This document shows, piece after piece, positions 59,441-64,000 of a stretch of DNA of 64,000 nucleotides; the stretch's first letter is position 1; the number at the start of each line of letters is the position of its first letter. The stretch is from Macrostomum lignano (lineage: Eukaryota), in contig NIVC01000143.1 in assembly GCA_002269645.1 (NCBI GenBank), positions 310,001 through 374,000 of the forward strand. Direction: 5' to 3'. The position numbers and the translations under genes are program-made. The notes beneath the pieces were generated by a model. The model was not told the DNA's origin. It did not search any database and saw nothing but the letters and a program-made list of their open reading frames with translations.

Positions 59441-61625
59441 TCAAGCTACTGACAGTAGTGCAGCCAGGCTCATAGCAACTGGTGGAGCGCAGGCCAGCAT
59501 TAGAAAGCAGATAATGCAGACACTGATGCAGCAGCTAACAAAGAATTTAGACAGTCTAGTTAGCAAATCTAATAGCATCAGGTGACCGGAGAGCCAAGCG
59601 ATGACCAGTAGTAGGCCGATGCTCTCACTGGCTTCTTCAGCTGACATTAGTAGGGCCGATGGATCGCTAGCAGCATTGCGTTGCCAACGGGTTACTAGGG
59701 GCGCGTAACCAATGAAACCGAGCATGATCAGACAGATGCACAGGTGAATGCTAATGACAGCCGTCATTGACCGCGTGGCTGAAATGGTTTGGTCATTACC
59801 ATGTCATTTAGTCATACTTAGTAACATAGGATTTTATGACCAATATGACCCACATGATTGGGTTTTGACCAATATGACCCACATGATTGGGTTTTATGAC
59901 TAATGTATGACCCACATGATTGGGTTTTATGACCAATATGACCCACATGATTGGGTTTTATGACCAATATGACCCACATGATTGGGTTTTATGACCAATG
60001 TATGACCCATATGATTGGGTTTTATGACCAATAAATGACCCACATGATTGGGTTTTGTGACCAATATGACTCAAATGATTGGGTTTTATGACCAATGTAT
60101 GACCCATATGATTGGGTTTTATGGCCAATAAATGACCCACATGATTAGGTTTTGTGACCAATATGAACCCACATAATTGGGTTTTATGACCAATGTATGA
60201 CCCACATGATTGGGTTTTGTGACCAATATGAAACCCACATGATTGGGTTTTATGACCAGTATGACCCCAGTGATGGTGCTTTATGATTAATAAGAACACA
60301 CATGATTGGGTTTTATGACCAATAAAACTCAGTTTATTGGGTTTTATGAATCGCATGGCCAATAAATTAATTCTTTAATTCACCTTTCTGACTACAAAAT
60401 ACAAAATACTCACCAAGCAACTTCGGAAAGATTCCAAGAACCAGCGCCAGTAGACACGGTAGCGCATATATTGGCTGTAAAAATGAAATCAAATAAATTG
60501 TAAAGCTAATTTAGATGATACAGTGATGCAATAATGAAGAAAATATAAAACTACAAGAGAAACTCACGATCCACAGGTACGGATCGGGGTCATTCAGCTG
60601 CAGCATTGCGGAAGCAAGAAGCACGACAAACGACAGGGCGTTGACAGCCTGCCAAAGGCGTCTGCGCCACCGATTGGGTGGCAACAGTGATTCTAGCTGA
60701 TCAACTGCCGTTGCTAAGGCTGTAGAGTCCTTGACAACCAGCATCAATGGGTCGTTTGATTTGCTCAGGCTGCGGGAGAGCAGAGAAAGTTTTATTTGAT
60801 TTGTTTGAATTTTTGAGAATACCGCTATGATATTTTAGGATTCCCAATATGAGATTTGGGATTCTCAATATGAGATTTAGGATTCTCAATATGAGATTCG
60901 GGATTCTCAATATGAGATTTAGGATTCCCAATATGAGATTTGGGATTCACAATATGAGATTTGGGATTCTCACTATGAGATTTGGGATTTAAAATATGAG
61001 ATTCGGGATTCTCAATATGAGATTTGGGATTCACAATATGAGATTTGTGATTCACAATATGAGATTTGGGATTCTCACTATGAGATTTGGGATTCTCACT
61101 ATGAGATTCGGGATTCTCAATATGAGATTTGGGATTCTCACTATGAGATTTGTGATTCTTACAATGAGATTTGTGATTCTTACAATGAGATTTGTGAATC
61201 TCAGTATGAGATTTGTGATTCTCACTATGAAATTTGTGATTCTCACTATGAGATTTAAGATTCTCACTGAGATATGTCATTCTCACTATGAGGTATGTCA
61301 TTCTTACTATGAGGTATGTCATTCTTACTATGAGGTATGTCATTCTCACTATGAGATTTGAGATTCTCACTTTAAGTTATGTCATTCTCCCTATGAGATA
61401 TGTCATTCTCACTATGAGATTTGAGATTCTCACTATAAGTTATGTCATTCTCCCTATAAGATATGTCCTTCTCACTATGAGATTTGTCATTCTCACTATG
61501 AGATTTAAGATTCTCACTATGAGATTTAAGATTCTCACTATGAGATTTGACACTAAGACAATGAGATTTTCGATTTCTGATAAAAAATCTTACCTCTGCA
61601 ATCGAGCCCGATCAGTGAAGTCCAT
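59441..61625 (-). CDS. TMEM220: Transmembrane protein 220 homologue, 4 coding exons, ~210 aa
   Basis: complement(join(59441..59778,60414..60474,60568..60769,61594..61625)); phases 2/0/1 consistent, 633 nt. LWQAVNALSFVVLLASAMLQLNDPDPYLWIPIYALP...SIHLCIC...EEASESIGLLLVIAWL aligns with recalled human TMEM220 (LWRACNGL...QVNDPDAEVWVVVYTIP...AIHILFC...EEGRELSGLVIITAWI). Start codon could alternatively be ATG 60744. Confidence 0.85.
59830..60350. repeat. 30/33-bp minisatellite (TATGACCCACATGATTGGGTTTTATGACCAA), TMEM220 intron 3
   Basis: Direct reading. Confidence 0.93.
60830..61570. repeat. 21-bp minisatellite (TATGAGATTTGGGATTCTCAC and variants), TMEM220 intron 1
   Basis: Direct reading. Confidence 0.93.
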
Positions 61626-62264
61626 GAGTTCTGATGAAAAAACGTCAATACAGTAGAAAACCCACTGACGAACTCTGCACGAAAGCCGAACAGCGTGAGC
61701 TCCCTGCAAAATTAGTGAATCACATATATATACAGTCGAGATGGTTACAAAAGCAGCCCAAAAAATATAATGCATGCTTCCCTTTTTCTACTGCTCTACA
61801 GAGAGAGAGAGCGAATGAAGCACGCGATAGGACGAGAAAGAGGCTGAGGGAGGGACGGGATGAAGGGGAAATATCCCAGCGCAGCATCCAATATGAGACC
61901 ATTTTTTTAACCTTAAGCCTTCATCTCTACAATAAAAGCCTCTAATTTGTACTCACAACACAGAATTCTAAATGCATTATATTATTTCATTTTCATTTCT
62001 CAATGCGAAGGTTGAGTCAGTAATCCATCAAAAAATTAAAATTACTGTTGGAATAACTGGAGCTACAGGCTGGGCCTCTCACAGCTCTCTCTGACTGGCA
62101 GTTTAAACAGAGATTGTAAATCATACACTTATAAGCTGCCGGCCTAAAAAATGGATCCCAAGTTTAAATGTTGTAAAATTAGAATATTCTACAATATTAT
62201 GGCTTCGAGGCTATTCTCATGTAATTATAACTCTCCAATAGTCTGTGATATTTTTCAAGCCAAT

Positions 62265-62950
62265 ATCCCTTCATCTCTCCTTCCCTCTCTTCCTTCCTTC
62301 CCTCCCTTCGTCCCTCCTTCCCTCCCTTCCCCCCTCCTTCCCTCCCTTCCCCCCTCCTTTCCTCCCTTCGTCTCTCCTTCCCTCCCTTCGTCCCTCCTTC
62401 CCTCCCTTCGTCTCTCCTTCCCTCCCTTCGTCCCTCCTTCCCTCCCTTTGTCCCTCCTTCCCTCCCTTCGTCCCTCCTTCCCTCCCTTCATCTCTCCTTC
62501 CCTCCCTTCATCTCTCCTTCCCTCCATTCGTCCCTCCTACCCTCCCTTCGTCTCTCCTTCCCTCCCTTAGTCTCTCCTACCCTCCCTTCGTCTCTCCTTT
62601 CCTCCCTTCATCTCACTATCCCTCCCTTCATCTCACTATTCCTCTCTTCATCTCACTATCCCACCCTTCATTTTACTATCTATCCCTTCATCTCAATATC
62701 CCTCCCTTCATCTCACTATCCCTCCCTTCATCTCAATATCCCTCCCTTCATCTCACTATCCCTCCCTTCATCTCAATATCCCTCCCTTCATCTCACTATT
62801 CCGCTCTTCATATCAATATTCTTCTTTTCATCTCAAAATCCCACCCTTCATCTCACTATCCCACCCTTCGTCTTACTATCCCTCCCTTCGTCTCACTATC
62901 TCTCTCTTCGTCCCTCTATCCTTCCCTCCATTTCTCTTTCTGTCCCTTCA
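62265..62950. repeat. 20-bp CT-rich repeat (CCTCCCTTCGTCTCTCCTTC)
   Basis: Direct reading. Confidence 0.9.
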
Positions 62951-63699
62951 TCCATCCACAGTCTCTCATCTTACCTAAATTCAATAAGGGGAATGCAGAT
63001 CAAAACACTTTTATACACAATAGACCATTTAAAAAACTTCAATTTAATAGAAATAGTTTTTCCAAATTAATTTTTTTAAAACATTGAAAACACCCAAGGC
63101 AGCTTTTAGATGAAATTAAAATTAAAATTTTAATTATAAGTCGGTTTTTTTCCAAACAGCAAAAATGGACTAAAATGCTTATATTTCTACTAACTATAAT
63201 CGACCAACCTGCATATCTAATGATAAATTAACGTAATAAACCTGTCCTATCTAGCAAATTCAACCGCTAAAATGACTACTAGACATTTATCTAAGGGCCT
63301 GAACTTAAATGACCTAAGCAGCTTATCAAAAGAAAACTATAAAATTCCAACAGAAGTCACGCAGGCTGGAAATGTAACCATGAGATCTAGATAAGAAAAA
63401 TTGAGAATGCAAATTTCTCCACGCGTGTACTTTGTCTCAATGCGTGTACAAGCTTATAAAAATAAGTACAGATAATTCTAATTGGGCAATTAAGTAGAAA
63501 AGTTCATAATTAGATACGGTTTGGATTTTAATTGCAATAAAAAAGTCAATTAAGCAAACGAATTAACAGTTAAAAGAATTATTGAGCAAAAATTAAGGCA
63601 CACAATTTCAATCCATTTCAATTTCAATCATTCCAATAAAGAAGAGCGCGTAGCATGGGCGGATCATGTAGAAAGATCGGAGATAGAGATTTGAGATAA

Positions 63700-64000
63700 G
63701 ATGTGTGATATTAATGATGAGAGATCGGAAATAAGAGACTAGATGACAGATTGGAGATTAAAATGGAAAAATTAAAATTGATAAAAGATTGAAGTTGGGA
63801 AAGAGATTAGAGATAGGAGACTAGAGATTAAGAAAATGAGACTAGAGATGGGAGATTAATGATTGAAGATTGGAGATGGAAGATCAGAGATTGCAGATAG
63901 GAGATTAGAGATTGGAGACGTATGATTAGAGATTGGAGATGGAAGATTAGAGATTGGAGACGGGAGATTAGAGATTGGAGATGGGAGATTAGATATTGGA
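63700..64000. repeat. Degenerate GA-rich repeat (GAGATTAGAGATTGGA), runs off the window end
   Basis: Direct reading. Confidence 0.8.

Overview
Eukaryotic (metazoan) genomic DNA. It has GC-rich exons, short canonical GT-AG introns packed with minisatellites, and (CCCTAA)n repeats. This style resembles a free-living flatworm such as Macrostomum (inference, not verified). I reconstructed five protein-coding genes by hand from splice sites and frame continuity. (1) A ~20-repeat ankyrin-like protein gene (minus, 2954-5593). (2) An 18-exon ARMC3 orthologue (minus, 10312-23455, 884 aa). (3) A 7-cadherin-repeat, delta-1-like protocadherin (plus, 28193-38166, ~1101 aa). (4) An unnamed type-I membrane protein with two TSP1-like repeats whose first coding exon is interrupted by a LINE (minus, 47430-53298). 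(5) A TMEM220 homologue (minus, 59441-61625, ~210 aa). Mobile DNA includes the 5' half of a Ty3/gypsy element (120-bp LTR, tRNA-iMet PBS, -1 frameshift signal with pseudoknot), two 5'-truncated RNase H-bearing LINEs, two solo-LTR-like inserts and tRNA-derived SINE-like heads. A large share of the window is tandem repeat, and most long ORFs in the supplied track are translations of these repeats rather than genes. The best leads are: minisatellites whose units look like splice sites; an ankyrin array with a fixed framework and shuffled variable positions; the LINE-disrupted TSP1 receptor; and inverted satellite arrays inside the protocadherin intron. No CRISPR, rRNA or intact tRNA gene was found. 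All gene models are manual and lack transcript support.
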